Shown here: positions 28,658 to 42,758 of the stretch, piece by piece | Position numbering within the stretch: the stretch's first letter is position 1 | Layout: every line of letters begins with the position of its first letter | Assembly: GCA_013239625.1 (NCBI GenBank) | Contig: MU056050.1 | Location: 2,652,084 to 2,716,083 of the forward strand | From: Lama guanicoe | Taxonomy: Eukaryota | Length of the DNA: 64,000 nt | Direction: 5' to 3' | The notes under the pieces: model-generated | Told to the model about the DNA's origin: nothing | What the model saw: the letters and a program-made list of their open reading frames with translations, nothing else | Database searches by the model: none | Position numbers and translations under genes: made by a program

Positions 28658-28822
28658 AACAGCAAAGTTTTTCTTAAAGCACCAGATAGTATATATTTTG
28701 TGCTTTGCATGCCATATGGTCTTTGTTGCAACTACTTAACTCTGCCATTGTAGCATGAAAGCATCCACTGACATTATGTAAACAAATGGATGTGACTATA
28801 TTCAAATAAAACTTTCTTTACA
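28658..28822. mobile_element. MER58A-like hAT DNA transposon
   Basis: cagcaaagttttcttaaag..ccagatagta...caactacttaactctgccattgtagcatgaaagca...aataaaacttt. Confidence 0.7.
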
Positions 28823-30189
28823 GAGGGAAAAGAAGATTTTCTTAAAACACTCATTATAATTAAATAATTAAAAATCAAATACAGTTCTTAAAGATTGTTT
28901 TGCTTACTGTTATGAATGCTAATACAAAAAAGTTATACAAAGATTAGAATATGATATCTAATTATTATTTTTGTCTTATATTTAATTTAAAATTTTTTGT
29001 CTCAAAGGATATGATGCTCTTAAATATATTTGGTCACTTCATGTTCTCTTGATAGTTGTATTAACTTCATTTATTTCCCTATTTCACTGTAAGTTCCTAA
29101 TAATTACTTTGTACATAAAATTTAAAGATTTCATAATCATCAATAAGTATCAGAGCATTTTACCCCTGCCATGATAAATATACATTTATACTTCAAATGA
29201 CTGAGATTTCAGCATGTAAAGCACATAGGGAGATTTTTTTTCACTCCAGTTGACATCTAGAATGCTTACCTATACTTGAAAATAAATGTTTAGATATTAA
29301 AAATAAATGTAGGTAGTATTCTTTGTTCATATTTCTGACATTTAGAGACCGAGTACAGATAATGGTAACATACATGATTATATTCTGCACATGTTCCAGG
29401 ATGGCAGTAGTGATATTGAGGTAGACATTTGGACTTCAAAAGGGTGAGGTCATAACTGAGAGAAGATTTTGGCCTAATACATCAGTTCATCTCTACAGTT
29501 GACATTCACTTATTTCCCTGCTCCAGAACTTTCCTGGAATATGTGACTTGGAAAAATCCTGAGATGATTTTATCCACAGCAGCACACAGAGGATAATAAA
29601 CCCTGCTTCATTAAGCTCCACTTCCACATAGCATCATGTGTTTTCACTAATACCCCATACCTACCCCAAGAGACATAAATCTCTTCCATTTGTGAGCTGG
29701 GTCCTTTTAAGATTAATGGAGGGACGATAAGTAGAAAGTACACCTGTAGTGGGGAAAGAGAGATACCAGAAAAAGAGAGATGACTAGGAGATGGATATGA
29801 GAAGAACCAGAGAGGACTGTGGTTTTCTTTAGAGAAGAGAAGGCTGCAGAGAATATTTGAATGATAGTTGGAGGCTACTCATTGGTTTTAATTTCCCCTA
29901 GGTATGGGTGTGAAAATTGCAGGTTTTAAGGAAAACACTCTCATGGAAGAAGCCACGTTAAATGTTGGAGAAAGTTGCTGAGGCAGGATCTTAGGAGTAG
30001 GGAGGAAAAAAAACCAATGTAACGATGATAGTCTCTGAAAGCAGAAAACCCTCTTAGTAGGCAGACTTTCCAATTTGCTGTCTTTATGGTTTGGCAAGAA
30101 GTGAATCACTTTTCTATAACAAAGTGTGCCCTGAACAAGAAATGGGTTTCCGTCAAGCTCCTAGTTGTCTATTGCAGATTAAAAGGAAG

Positions 30190-30440
30190 GCCCCCTAAAT
30201 GTAAGCAGTATCCTGGATTGGATCCTAGAACAGAAAAAGGACATTAGTGGAAAAAATTGTTGAAATCTAAGTCTGGAGTTTAGTTAATAGTAATGTACCA
30301 ATGTTGGTTTCTTGGTTTTGACAAATGTTCCATGGTCATAAAAGGTGTTAACCTTAGGGGAAACTGGATGGAGGTATATGGAAACTCTGTACTATCTTCA
30401 CAAATTTTCTGTGTATCTAAAATTACTAAATATATTTTTA
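30190..30440 (+). mobile_element. L1MC-like 3' end
   Basis: atcctggattggatcctagaacagaaaaaggacattagtggaaaa...ctgtgtatctaaaatta. Confidence 0.7.
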
Positions 30441-33400
30441 AATAACTGAAGGTAGAGGTTAAAAAAAAGACTTCAATTTGAAAGTAGGATGCTGGCTTTT
30501 GGTAGAAAAGTATTGTCCCCAAGGCAAGACAGACCCAACAAGAAGATCAGATTAGAAGGATGTAAGGACTGCTCCAGTTATGGACTAGGAAGTAAAGTGA
30601 TGAAACACAACTAAGGAAAAGAAGTAGGCAGACTCACATCAAGATACTTAGTATAAATTTTAAGGAAAATATCTCAATATGTGTATTATAATGAAATACT
30701 AATGGTTGGTCTAATACAAACTCATTATCTAACATAGGTTATCCTTTAGTCATTAGCCAATGTTCAATTCACATGGAACCGACATTTGTCACCTTTGGTG
30801 CGAGTTATTGAAACCAGATCTATTTCTTCCCTTCTTCCCTGTAGATGTGAGCTGCAGTTTTAAACCTTAGTTTTTGAGTGAGATGGCTCAATTTTTTTCT
30901 TCTTAGCATGTTGTTTCATAGTGCCAAATTCTGCATTAAAAAATTAAATAGATTCAAAAATGAATATAAACTACACCCATTTTTTTTAACCACATAATAC
31001 AAGAAGCATGCTTTGGTAATGAGACTAGGCCTTCTTCATGTCCTCTAAGTCTGTGAATGATGGCTGGGCCTTAGATCACAGCTTCTTGGATTTCTGAATG
31101 GTTACCACATGTATAAAAAGTCACAAGCCATTCCACTACCTAGCCTGCTCTCTAATGCCATGTATGTAAATTGTGCCAGCTAACCAGTCTGGTTGCCTCC
31201 CTCCCTTTTGGTAGACTTGGATAATGGAAGATAAATTGGGCAAGATTTTGGCTTTAAATAGTAAATAGTACCTCAAGCCAGCTGAAGCAAAAAAATCCAT
31301 AAATCGTCATTTACAAAAAGGAAATGGTGGAGGCCTCATGGTATCTACAGGCAAGAATATAGCTGAATCTCAGGAGGAAACTAGAACCACGAACAGCAAG
31401 TCAGCAAGGAACCCAGGAAGCATACTCTCTTTTGGCCTCCCATCTTTGCTTCTGTCTCTGCAAAATGACTTGGCTTCTCTGTCTACACAGAGACTGACTG
31501 GCTGACTCTAGGCCCCATGGAAAATTCTTCAGAGAGAAAATATGATTGGCTAACTCTGGCAGGCACCACCCCTTATCTACTGCAACCATGAGGGCAGAGT
31601 CACATAGTGTAAACATGGCTTCCTAGCCATAGAAGTAGAAGAGCAGTACTGAGAGTTGTGAGCTGTGCAGACACCTCAAAGATTATCTACTATAGTAAAT
31701 GGTGGCAACCATAATGCAGAAAAGAAAAATACTTAATTGTTATGTGAAATACATACAAGTACACAAACCATGTGATATTGCCCATTCTCTTAGAGTCAAG
31801 CATCAAGTGTTGCTTCAATTCATCAAAAAATATTGAATATTTACTCTGTGCCGATACAGGTTTGACCAAGTACTGTGGGCAGAAAAGAAGCATTAGATAT
31901 AGTCTCAGCCCTCACTTGAGTTAGGAAGTTGTGTCTATGAGAAAATAAACCAAGAGTACAAGAGTGTATAATATTAAATATCAAGTAATACAGATGCTAA
32001 GTTCTAATGGAGTTCATGTCTAGAATTAAAACTTTTTGTTTATCTTTTTATTCAAGGTCCATTTTATTAATGGTGCAAATGCATACTGGCATTAGTTTTA
32101 TCTTATATAACATGAAGACTGTAGGGACTATGGAAGGGCATATGGGCCAAAATATACACTCTCATCTCCTCTGGTCATTTTTATGGACGTTGCCCCACAA
32201 ACAAATTCCTTTTGTAAAAACATATGCCATCTGGAATACTCTATTTGAGTGCATCTGCTCTTTGGAATACTGTATGATCAAGCATTAATACCTTAGCATA
32301 GATTGGTTTATCTTATCCTAGAGACTGGTAAGCTTTGACAAGAAATCAGAGAAGATCTTGAGTACAGAGTATGGGCGATAGCCCCTTTTGGGGGACTGTG
32401 GAAGTCAATAGTGAGGTGTAGAATGAGATGGTGAGAGGCCACTGGAAATTGCCTCCTTAGCTCAGGTTGTTGCCAAGAGTTCTGAAGGCTTCCCTAACAA
32501 CTTCAGTTCCCAGAAAGTGTCTGTAAAAATCTTAACGGCAAAGATTAGATCCTCTGTTCTCTGTAAACTCTTATAAAGGCTTATACTCATACCAACTTCC
32601 CTCATTCTTGCAGAATCCTGTGAATAAATCTTCCATTGACTGAAGGATCAGGATTAGGGAAGGTATTGAGGAAAACAGGAGCCTCAAGACACTCTAACTC
32701 CATCAGAAGAGCCGTCATCTGTGTAGCCTCTTGGCTGGTCTGATGCCAGGAAATTTCTTTATTAGAGTCCTTGCTTTAGGGCATTATTAACCAACCCTGG
32801 CCAAGGTGTTCAATAGCATTTGTTATAAGATATGGTGATGACATCAGGGATTAGCATGAATGTCTCTCAGTTTAATGAGATCAGATTACCCACATAAAAG
32901 ATGTTGAGTGGGGTAAGGTTGGTAAAATATAAGTCATGGTTCTGTTTATTCTGTGACAGTGTAAACAGCACATTTTAATAGATCAAGATAGAAAGTCAAA
33001 ACAGACTGTGAGCACCATGTCTTAGAGAGGCTTACCACTACCACATCACACTGCTTCCCTTCTCTTCCATGACATCCTAGCCACCTGCCAGTTGATGTCG
33101 GCTGATAAGACCAGTGGTGGAGACTGAACCTCTGCCAAAGTGAAATATACAAAGCTACTGCTCATACCTCCTCAGTTGTTCCAAACAAATCATCAGAGGG
33201 TGGAAATAACTCAGTGGCTGGATTTCCTGCATTCACTTTGTTCAAAGCAATTTATCCAGACAAACCTTCCTTTTTCCTCCATCATTCTGGGAAAATACCA
33301 TCAGAAAAAGTCATGCAAAGTAAATATATGAGGTTTTAAGGAAGACTCAATATATTCCACTTCTAAGAACTATGTTTAAGAGAAAGAGAATGAATTATGG

Positions 33401-34309
33401 AGTTTTCATTGCTAATTTTAACATGAATCAACCATGTCTTCATCACCTGGTGTTAGCCTCACCTTCTTTTGTTTCTATAAAATTAGACAGTAGTTCGAGA
33501 TGGTGGACAATATGCTGATAAATCAAGAGGAAAAAATTTAAAGTGAAATATTAAGATTAAAAAATCACACAGCGAACAGTTTAACAAAATTCAAGTCAAA
33601 CTTTGTCATTTTATCATACAATTGACTCCAAGGACTGTGTATATAAATGAGATTAAAATGACTTGTCCCTGGAGAGAAGGGATTTGAATGCATAAGCACT
33701 TTTCTATGTCAGTCATGTTATTAGTAAAATTTTGAGAAGACTTTAAAACTCACATTTGTCACCAAAATTTTTATTTTTTAGAAATGTAGTTCATGCAAAT
33801 AAAGGTCTCTTTGGACCCAAATGGACATTATTGTATGAGAGAAACTGTCTCCAGTTTCCAAACTATACCATAAAGTGCCTATCAGTATAAGAAAACAGTT
33901 CAATTATTTTTTAATATTTGTCAAATCAAAGCAGCACCACATCTGACTTAATTTCATTATTACAATTTCAATACTCTGCTACTACAGTATCGTTACCCTG
34001 CTGCATTTATGGTATGCCTTGTTTTACACAAGCAATGAATTCAGAAAAATACACATGGAAATAGAATTCTATTATCTTCCACCGATACTGTCTAATATGG
34101 TTCTGCTGAACTACTCATTTCCCCTCCCCCTTTCTTCCTCATTCCCTTCACCAATGCCCAGTTCAGACCAATGGGTTGGGGAGAGAAGCAGTGATGTATT
34201 GGTTGAAGCAAACATTTTTCTGAAAAACTGCTGAATACAAACTACCTCAGGGTCGTATAAAAACACCTATAACAGTGGAAACATTGGCATGATTTGAATG
34301 AACTTTTTC

Positions 34310-34470
34310 ACTCAACAAACATTAGTTGAACATTTGTGTGCTCATTGTTTTAGGCACTGGAAATACAAATATGAATAAGATAGTCCCTGACTTTAACAGT
34401 TCACTCTTTTAGAGGACAAGCACCATGGGGCGGAAGGCGTGACAGACAATTTATATGTGTGACTGGGTTT
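34310..34470 (-). mobile_element. L2 3' end (host of the EIF3K retrocopy; appears to continue after ~35270)
   Basis: ttcactcaacaaacattagttgaaca...taggcactggaaatacaaatatgaataagatagtccctgac. Confidence 0.6.
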
Positions 34471-34484
34471 AAAAGGATTGAGTA

Positions 34485-35255
34485 GCCTTTTCCGGTCCTC
34501 AAGGAGTCCGTGCCAGCCGGGTCTAGGGCTTCACCCCAGGTGTGGGAGGCAACAGAGTCATGGTGATGTTTGAGCAGATGGAGCAAACGGGGCAAGTTGC
34601 TCAAGGGTACTGACAGGTACAGTCCTGAGAATCTGGCCACCCTGGAGCGCTATGTGGAGACCCAGGCCAAGGAGAATGCTTACGATCTGGAAGCCAACCT
34701 GGCTATCCTAAAGCTGTACCAGTTCAATCCAGCCTTCTTTCAGACCACGGTCACCACCCAGATCCTGCTGAAGGCCCTCACCAACCTGCCCCACATCAAC
34801 TTCATGCTGTGCAAGTGTATGATGGACCAGGCACACCATGAAGAACGGCTGATCTGGCAGATTTTGTACCTCGGAGACCTGTTGGAGACCTGCCACTTCC
34901 AAGCCTTCTGGCAAGCCCTGGATGAAAATATGGACCTCTTGGAAGATATAACTGGCTTTGAAGACTTTGTCCAGAAATTTATCTGCCACATGGTGATCAT
35001 CACTTATCAGCACATTGATCGCTGGCTGCTGGCCGAGATGCCTGGGGATCTGACACAGCCAGCTGAAGTGTGGATGAGCAAGTACAGCTGGAGCGCTGAC
35101 AAGTCGGGCCAGATCTTCATCTGTAGCCAGGAAGAGCGCATTAAGCCCAAGAACATCATGGAGAAGATCGACTTTGACAGTGTGTCTAGCATCATGGCCT
35201 CATCCCAGTAACCTTGGAGGCATTTAATAAACATTTGTTGACTTCAGAAAAAAAA
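34485..35255 (+). pseudogene. EIF3K: EIF3K processed pseudogene (full length: 5' UTR, CDS 34560-35211, AATAAA, poly(A))
   Basis: Intronless eIF3k peptide (GKLLKG.DRY.PENLATLERYVETQAKENAYDLEANLA...EKIDFDSVSSIMASSQ). Two 1-nt deletions after MVMFEQM shift the native ATG frame to a TGA at 34611. AATAAA at 35226-35231, A-run at 35248-35255, degenerate TSD aaaaggattgagta / aaaataattgaata. Confidence 0.95.
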
Positions 35256-35669
35256 TAATTGAATAAAATCTGCCTGTTGGACAAGGAAGATAAGGGCTGC
35301 TAGGCAGAATGAATAGCAAGTGCAGGACAAGAAGATGTGAATTGACAAGATGTTTTGGGAACTTCTAGGCAAATGGTGATGAGAGGATGAAAAGTGGCCA
35401 GAGAGGATGTTGGAAAGGGACAAGAGCTAGATAACAAAAGGGCTTTGTATACCACTTATCATTAGAGAAGTGTTTTCTCTTGTTGGGCAAAGAGGTACAT
35501 ATAGCCTGGATGAAATATCCTCAGCCCATCTCTTTCTTTTGATTCTCACTTCATGCTTACTAAGTTTTCTGGCTTGTTCTTAGAGATACCACAGTATCAG
35601 GAAAGGACTATTTAGCGCAGTGAGTGGAAATAAAATGGTAACTGGAAAACAGAACTTCATTTAAAATTA

Positions 35670-36150
35670 ATAAATCAGACAGAATAAAGAGTTCAGAAAC
35701 AGATCCAAATCTCTTTGGAAATTAATTATATGATACAAGTAGAATTTCAGATGAATATAGAAAGGATGGAACAACTGGTTAGCCTTTGGGGGAAGAAAAT
35801 TAAAGCTGATCCCTACTGTATTCCTTATACTAAATAAATTTCAAATGAAGCAAAGATTTAAATATTAAAACAAAAATATTAGAAGAAAATATAGGTAAAC
35901 ATTTTGATAATCTTGAGACGGGAAAGATATTTTAAAGCTTTATTCTAAACTCAGAAATAAAAAGATTGAGAAATTTGGCTACATAAAAATTTTTGGCTTC
36001 CTAATAGTACATGAAAATTAAAATACAAGCAATGATCTGTGGAAAATATTTACAATATTTACATTAAAGGGCAAATTTACTTAATATATAAAGAGCTCTT
36101 TTAAATCAGTAAGAAAAAGCCCAACGCCAGAATTAGAAAATGGCCAGTAG
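35670..36150 (+). mobile_element. Old L1 (L1ME-like) ORF2 3' fragment
   Basis: ggaacaactggttagcctttgggg...ttagaagaaaatatagg. Confidence 0.6.
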
Positions 36151-37674
36151 ATATTGATAACCTGATTAGTCTCTCCATAATCAAACAACTTTGTCCTGTA
36201 TTATAAATGTTAAAAAATTCAACTAAAGATCCTCAAATGCTTTATTTCTTTAATCTCTTTTGGTTTTTTTTGGACAAAGACTCATTCTCTTTCTTCTCAA
36301 ATATATATCTGAATCTCTGTTTCAGATGAATATTTTACCTTCTTTATTTTGAGTGCCCTTGTTTGCAAAATGCTTTGAACTTGAACTGCTTTTCAAATGT
36401 ATATTAACCTTTTGAAACATGTTTACTTGTGAACACAAGGGCTTCTCTTTCCTGTGGATCTCAAAAGAATACCTGAGAAGACATGGAGATAGATCTTTGT
36501 ACTCATTTAAAAAGAAATGTAGAACTGATGTGCTAAGATCTGAGGATGTGATAGTTGCCCGGTTTCTGGCTAGTGCTCACTTAATCCCTCTCATTTCTTG
36601 CCTGCTGCTCCATGACAAAAGCCATACTTCAGAATTTCCAAGTCTGTGGTTTTATTTCCACAACATACATGAAAGGGAAACTCATTAAAAAAAAACCAAA
36701 AACCTAAATGGCCAATAGACACATAAAAATGCTTAACCTAACTAGTAATCAAAGAGGTAAAAATTAATACAACATTAAGATCGTTTTTGTCTCTTAGATT
36801 GATAAAATTGAAAAGACTGATAATCATGTTGACCTGGGGGTGGAGAAACAGAGCACTGCTTTGGTAAGGGCCTTTGTGGTTGGGTCTAACTTGACAGGTT
36901 TCCCTAATTTGAATCTGAAAGTGAGCAGTTCCCTTCTCATTCCCTTCTGTCCCAGAAGGCTCTATGCTCTATGGCCTCCTTTCCCACTCTGCATGCCGGA
37001 GGGGAGACTTTGTGAGGACATAAAAGATCCTGTTATCCCTTTACTCAAAGTAATAACTACCTCCACACCTCTCCTTTGAGAGAGAGGCACTCTTCAAAAC
37101 ACTCTCCCTCAATGAATGTGATCCAACAGAATTTTCTATGTCTCCTCCATAGGAAAGAAGATGGCAGATTTTTGACTTAAAAAAATAATTTGTTCAAGTT
37201 ACTCCTTTCACCAGGCACCCTACTACAAAAAAGAGCTTCCTGCCAGTTTGATTAGTGTGCAGGAGTTCTGCAGAGACTGACCAAGTCTTGATACACTCAC
37301 TGAACCAAGTTTCTAGACTTCCAGAAGTGAGGATCAGACCCTGGACTACTGTCCACTCAGGCAATAGCCTCTATAAGAAATCAGCAAAACTCTTTTATCC
37401 ATTCCTTTAGGAAATATTTATTCCCTACTGACTATGTGCTAGGTACTGTTACAGGCACTGGGAAATACTGCAGCGAACAAAACACAGAACAGACAAAAAC
37501 CTCTGCCCTGATGGAGATTACAATGTAGTATGCTTGATGGGTAATTTCTATTTATTCATTTACTCATTTGAGCATTTATTCAATAAATGTTTATTGAGCA
37601 TATAATAGGTGCTAGATACTATATTGGATCAGTAGTTATGTCTAGCATAATCAGAATTAATGATCCTAGGGATT

Positions 37675-40060
37675 TTTTTAAAAATTGAGATAAAACTCAT
37701 CACTTTAATCATTTTAAAGTGTACCATTTCAGTGGTTTTTAAAAAATATATTCACAATGTTGTACAACCATCATTATTTAATTCCAGAATATTTTCATCA
37801 CCCCAGAAAGAAATCTAATACCCATTAGTCTTTTCTCATTCCTCTCTCCCCTAAGTCACTGGCAAACACAAATCTAGTTTCTATCTCTTTAGATTTGCCA
37901 ATTCTAGACATTTCACATAAATGGAATCATATATGACCTTTTGTGTCTGGTTTCTTTTACTTAGCATAATGTTTTCAAGATTCACCCATGCTGTGGCATG
38001 TATCAGTACTTCATCCCTTTATATGATTGAATAATATTCCATTATATGGCTATACCACATTGTGTTTATCCAGTTATCAATGAATATTTGGCTTATTTCT
38101 ACTTTTTGATTATTATAAATAATATTACTATGAAGGTTTGTTACAAGTCTATGTGTGAATGTTTTCACTTCTCTTGGGTATATGTCTAGGAGGGGAGTTG
38201 ATGGGTCTCTTTTCACTTTTTTGCTGATATCCTTTGAAGCACAAAGTTTTTAATTTTGAATGACGTCCAAATTATCTGTTTTTTTCTTTTGTTGCTTGTG
38301 CTTTTGGTGTCATATCTAAGAAACCATTGCTAATGAACATGATTTACTCCTAGGTTTCCTTCTAAAATTTTTAAGGTATTAGCTCTTATATTTGTCATCG
38401 ACCCATTTTGGGTTAATTTTCATGTATGGTGTGAGTTAGGGGTCCAACTTCGTTCTTTTGCGTATGTCTATCCAGTTGTTTCAGCATCAGTTGATGAAGA
38501 AATTATTCTTTACCCATTGAATGGTTTTGGTACCCTTGTTGAAAATCAATTGGCCATAGATGTACGGGTTTATTTCTGTACTTTCAATTCTATCCCATTG
38601 GTCTATATGTCTGTCCTTAAGGCAGTACTACACTATTTTTGATTACTGTAGTTTTGTAGTAAGTATTGAAACCAGGAAGTGTAAGTCCTCCAACTTTATT
38701 TAAGATTGTTTTTGCTATTCAGGGTCCCTTGCAATTCCATATGAATTTGAGAATTGGCTTTTCTATTTCTGCAAGAAAGGTCATTGAAATTTTGATAGGG
38801 ATTGTACTGAATATGTAGATCACTTTGGGTAGTAGTGACATCTTAAAGCAATATTGTGTTCCAATCCATGAATATGAGGTATTTTTCCATTTAGTTAGGT
38901 CTTCTTTAATTTCATTCAGCACTGTTTTGCAGTTTTCAGTACGTAAGTCTTTGACCTCCTTGGTTTAATTTATTCTTAAGTATTTTATTCTTTTGGATGC
39001 TATGGTAAATGCAAATGTTTTCTTAATTTCCTTTTTGGATTGTTCATTGCTAGTATATAGAAATACAATTGATTTTTGGATGTTGATCTTATTCTACAAA
39101 TTTGCTGCATTCACTTATTAGCTTAAGGAGATTTGTCTGTAGTCTTTGTAATTTTCTGTATGTAGGATTATGTCATCTGTGAATAAATTTTTCTTCTTCC
39201 TTTCCAATTTTCCTTTTTTTTTTTGCCAAGTTGACCTGACTAGAACTTCCAGTACAATGTTGAATAGCAGTGGAGAAAGAGACATCTTTATCTTGCTCCT
39301 GAACTTAAGAACTTAGAGGAGGAAAGCTTTCAGTCTTTCACCATTGAGTATGATGTCAGCTGTGAATTTTTCATAAGTGCCTTTTGTCAGGTTGAGAAAG
39401 TGCCCTTCTATTCCTACTTTTCTCAGTGTTGTATCCTGAAAGGGTGTTAAACTTTGTAAATTCTTTTTCTGCATCAATTGAGATGATTGTGTAGATTTTT
39501 TCCATTCATTCTATTAATGGGGTGCATTACTACACTGATTAATTTTTTTACATTAAATTACCGAGCACGTGCTGGGACAAATCCCACTTGATCATGGTTT
39601 ATAATCCTTTCAATATGCTGCAGAATATGCTTTGCTAGTATTTTCTTGAGGATTTTTACATTTATATTTATAAAGGATAGTGGTTTGTAGTTTTCCTTTC
39701 TCGTGATGTCTTTGGCTTTGGTGTCAGGGTAACGTTAGTCTCAAGAATGAGCTAAAAAGTGTTCCCCCTACTTCTTTTTCTTTTTTCCTTTTTTTTGTGT
39801 TTAATTTTTATTCTCTTTCTTTTCTTTGTGAGGGAGAGTTTGAAAAGGGTTGGTGTGAATGATTTTCTAAATGTTTAGTAGAATTCACCAGTATAGACAT
39901 CTGGTCCTGGGCTTTTCTTTATTGGAAGATGTTTGATTACTGATTCAATTTCTTTACTTGTTATAGATCTGTTCAGACTTTCTATTTTCTATTCTTTTTG
40001 AGTCAGTTCCAGTAACTTTTGTCTTATTTTTAAAAAATATTTTCAGCATATGCATGAAAT
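37675..40060 (-). mobile_element. L1 (L1MB-like) 3' UTR and ORF2, minus strand
   Basis: ORFs 38019-38216 and 38719-38922 give L1 ORF2 remnants ([11 protein letters not shown]...[23 protein letters not shown]). Confidence 0.88.
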
Positions 40061-40352
40061 CAATCCACTTTTCATCTCTGGTGTTGTCTTGCTTATTTAT
40101 GTCTTCTCTCTTTTTCCCTTCCACCAAAAGTTTGCCAATTTTATTAATCTTTTCAAAAAAACTAGATTTGTTGACTTTCTCTATTTTATATATAGTTTCT
40201 ATGTCACTAGTCTCTTTTTGTTGTTATCTTTCTTCTGCACTTTGATTTTTGTTTTAATTGATTTTCAGCCTTTCACATACACACACACACACATATATAT
40301 ATATTAGGCTGAGCTATGTAAAATTGTCTTTTATAGAAAAATGATTATCAAA

Positions 40353-40469
40353 TTTTTTTTTTTTTGGAATTTGACACAACACTGTAAAATGATTATGAAT
40401 CAATAAAAATGTAAAAAAAAAATAAAAAAAATAAACTGGTTAGAACCAACTCAGCCCAAAAAAAAAAAA
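40353..40469 (+). mobile_element. Extremely 5'-truncated L1 tail with 5' poly(T), short 3' transduction and ~34-bp TSD
   Basis: T13, ggaatttgacacaacactgtaaaatgattatgaatcaataaaa, poly(A), ctggttagaaccaactcagccc, A12. Flanked by direct repeats at 40320-40353 and 40466-40501. Confidence 0.75.
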
Positions 40470-42459
40470 TTGTCTTTTTTACAGGAAAATGATGATCAAA
40501 TGTTGATTATCAAATTTAATGTGCTTCATTCTAATATTTAAGGCTCAAAAAGTTAGCTATAAGCAGTATTTCTTACAAGTTAAAAAGATGACATTACAAA
40601 CTTATTTATTGTTTATGAGTGCATTTATTTGTAGTAAAAGTGCAAATCATACCCGGGAAAGATACACACCAATTTCAGGGCAGTATTACTTCTGGGAAGG
40701 AAAGGAGGTAAAAGGATATATGTGTAATATTCTATTTTTTACAAAGAAAACATTAAACTATAAATAAAGATGTAAATCAAATAAGGCAAAATACCAATAT
40801 CTGTTTAATTTTGTTGGTGAGACAATCCCACAAGAGGTGATACTTAGAATTTTTGCTATCATTCAGTTCAATATATTTTCTTATTTTATTATAATTTATG
40901 ATTTCTTTCTTCCTTTTTTATCTTTGAGTTGTTTGGAAGTCTATTTTAAAATTTCCAAGCATATGGATATTTTGTAGTTATCTTTGTGTATGTGCGTAAA
41001 CAGAGCAAAAGAGAGAGGTGTGGCAATACATCTGCTCTGGGGAATCTGAGTGAAAGGTATATGGGTTTGTTTTTTTAATATTCTTGCAGTCTGAATTCTG
41101 AAGTCAGTCTGAAATCTATAAGTCTGAAATTACGTCAAAATAAAATGTTAAAAAAAATCTAAAAAAAAAGATTCGCCTTCTCTGGAGACTCATACTTAAA
41201 ATGAAATTTATTTCACATGATATTAATTCTAAAACTTTTGTATTTTAAACTTTCCTCTTTTAGCTCTTCCTTTTATAATACATTAAACATGTTGATATGC
41301 TAAAAATTTCCAATACACATATTTGATATTCACTATACCTCATGACTATATCCAACTATGGCATACTTGGTTCTGTTATTGAAATTAGCTTGTGTTTTTC
41401 TTACTGGGATAAATGTATCCTGTTATTAAATATCATTATTTAATTTTCCCAAATTTCCATAAGTCATTAATATTGTTTTATATAGTCAATATTCACTTAC
41501 ATTTACGTACGTATTTGTTTGTTTTCCTCTTCATTTCTTTCTAAATCTCAGCTTTTACATCTGGAATAACTTTCCATCTGCCTGAGGTATGTCTTTTAGA
41601 ATTTCCTTTAGTGTGAGCCTCTTGGTAGCAGGCTCTCTCAAGTTTTGCTTGTCTAAAAATGTCTTTATTTCATCCCAAATTGTAAACTTGGAATTTTACC
41701 GAAAATTTTATATAAAAAAATGAATAATGTCATCATTACTATCGTATTGTTCCCTTTTTCACTCAAAATCAAATGTTTGCTTTATTTTATTATTGTTCTT
41801 GTTTGTATAGGGTTTTCCTTTAATTTTGAAAATTGTCAAAACTACAGAGAAATTGACAGAATTGGAAAATAAACACCTGTATACTCTTTACCTGGATTCA
41901 CTGACTGTTAATGTTTTGCTACATTTTCTTTTTTTCATTTTTCTTTCCCTCCCCTTTTCTGTGACCTCCTCCCTCTCCTCTTCCTCCCTACTCTGTCCTC
42001 CTTTTCTTCCTCCTCTTTTTCTCTTTCTTGTTAACACTAAACCAATTAAGAGTACACTGCAGATATTATGACACTTTCATTTCTTCAATATGTATCTCTT
42101 GAGAACAGACATTCTCCTATATAACCACAAATAATTATTATAGGATGTTAATGTTAATACAATATTATTACCAAATATTAGGTCCACATTTAAATTTCTC
42201 CAATTATTCCAATAATGTCCTTTACACATTTTTTAAAAAATCCATGAACCAACACAGGATCATACATTGCATTTAGTTGTCCTGTCTGTGATGCGTGAAG
42301 TGGGTTACTTTGTATGTATTCTCCTCAGGAACCACTGGGTTTCTCTAATCTGTTTATTGCCGTCCTTCATAGGTTCTGGAAAATTCTTGGTCGTTTTCTT
42401 CCTGAATATTGTTTTTGTCCAATCTTTTTCACCTCTCTCGTTGGACCTCTAATTAAAAA

Positions 42460-42758
42460 CAGTCAGTCCTCATTATCTGTGGATTCCGTATTTGCAAATT
42501 CACCTACTTACTAAAATTTATTTGAAACCCCAAAATCAATACTTGTGGCACTTTTGTGGGCATTCCTAGACATGTGTAGAGTGGCAAAAAATTTGAGTCA
42601 CCTGATATGCATGTTTCTAGCTGGGATCAAACAAGGTGATGCTCTGCCTTTTTGTTTTAGCTCTCCTGCTATAGACAAGTGCCCCTTTTACAGTCTATTT
42701 AATAGCATTTTTTCTTGCATTCCTGTGTATTTCATTGATGACTTCTCTGTTTAAAATG
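42460..42758. mobile_element. TcMar-Tigger-family DNA transposon fragment
   Basis: cagtcagtcctcattatctgtggattccgtatttgcaaattcacctacttactaaaatttatttgaaaccccaaaatcaatact. Confidence 0.7.

Noticed and set aside
34570..35211. Functional EIF3K gene
   Set aside because: Intronless, with poly(A) and TSD. The ORF starts at TTG, the native ATG frame is frameshifted and substitutions show CpG decay.
34708..35234. Minus-strand ORFs overlapping the pseudogene
   Set aside because: Antisense shadows of GC-rich coding-derived sequence, with no independent evidence.
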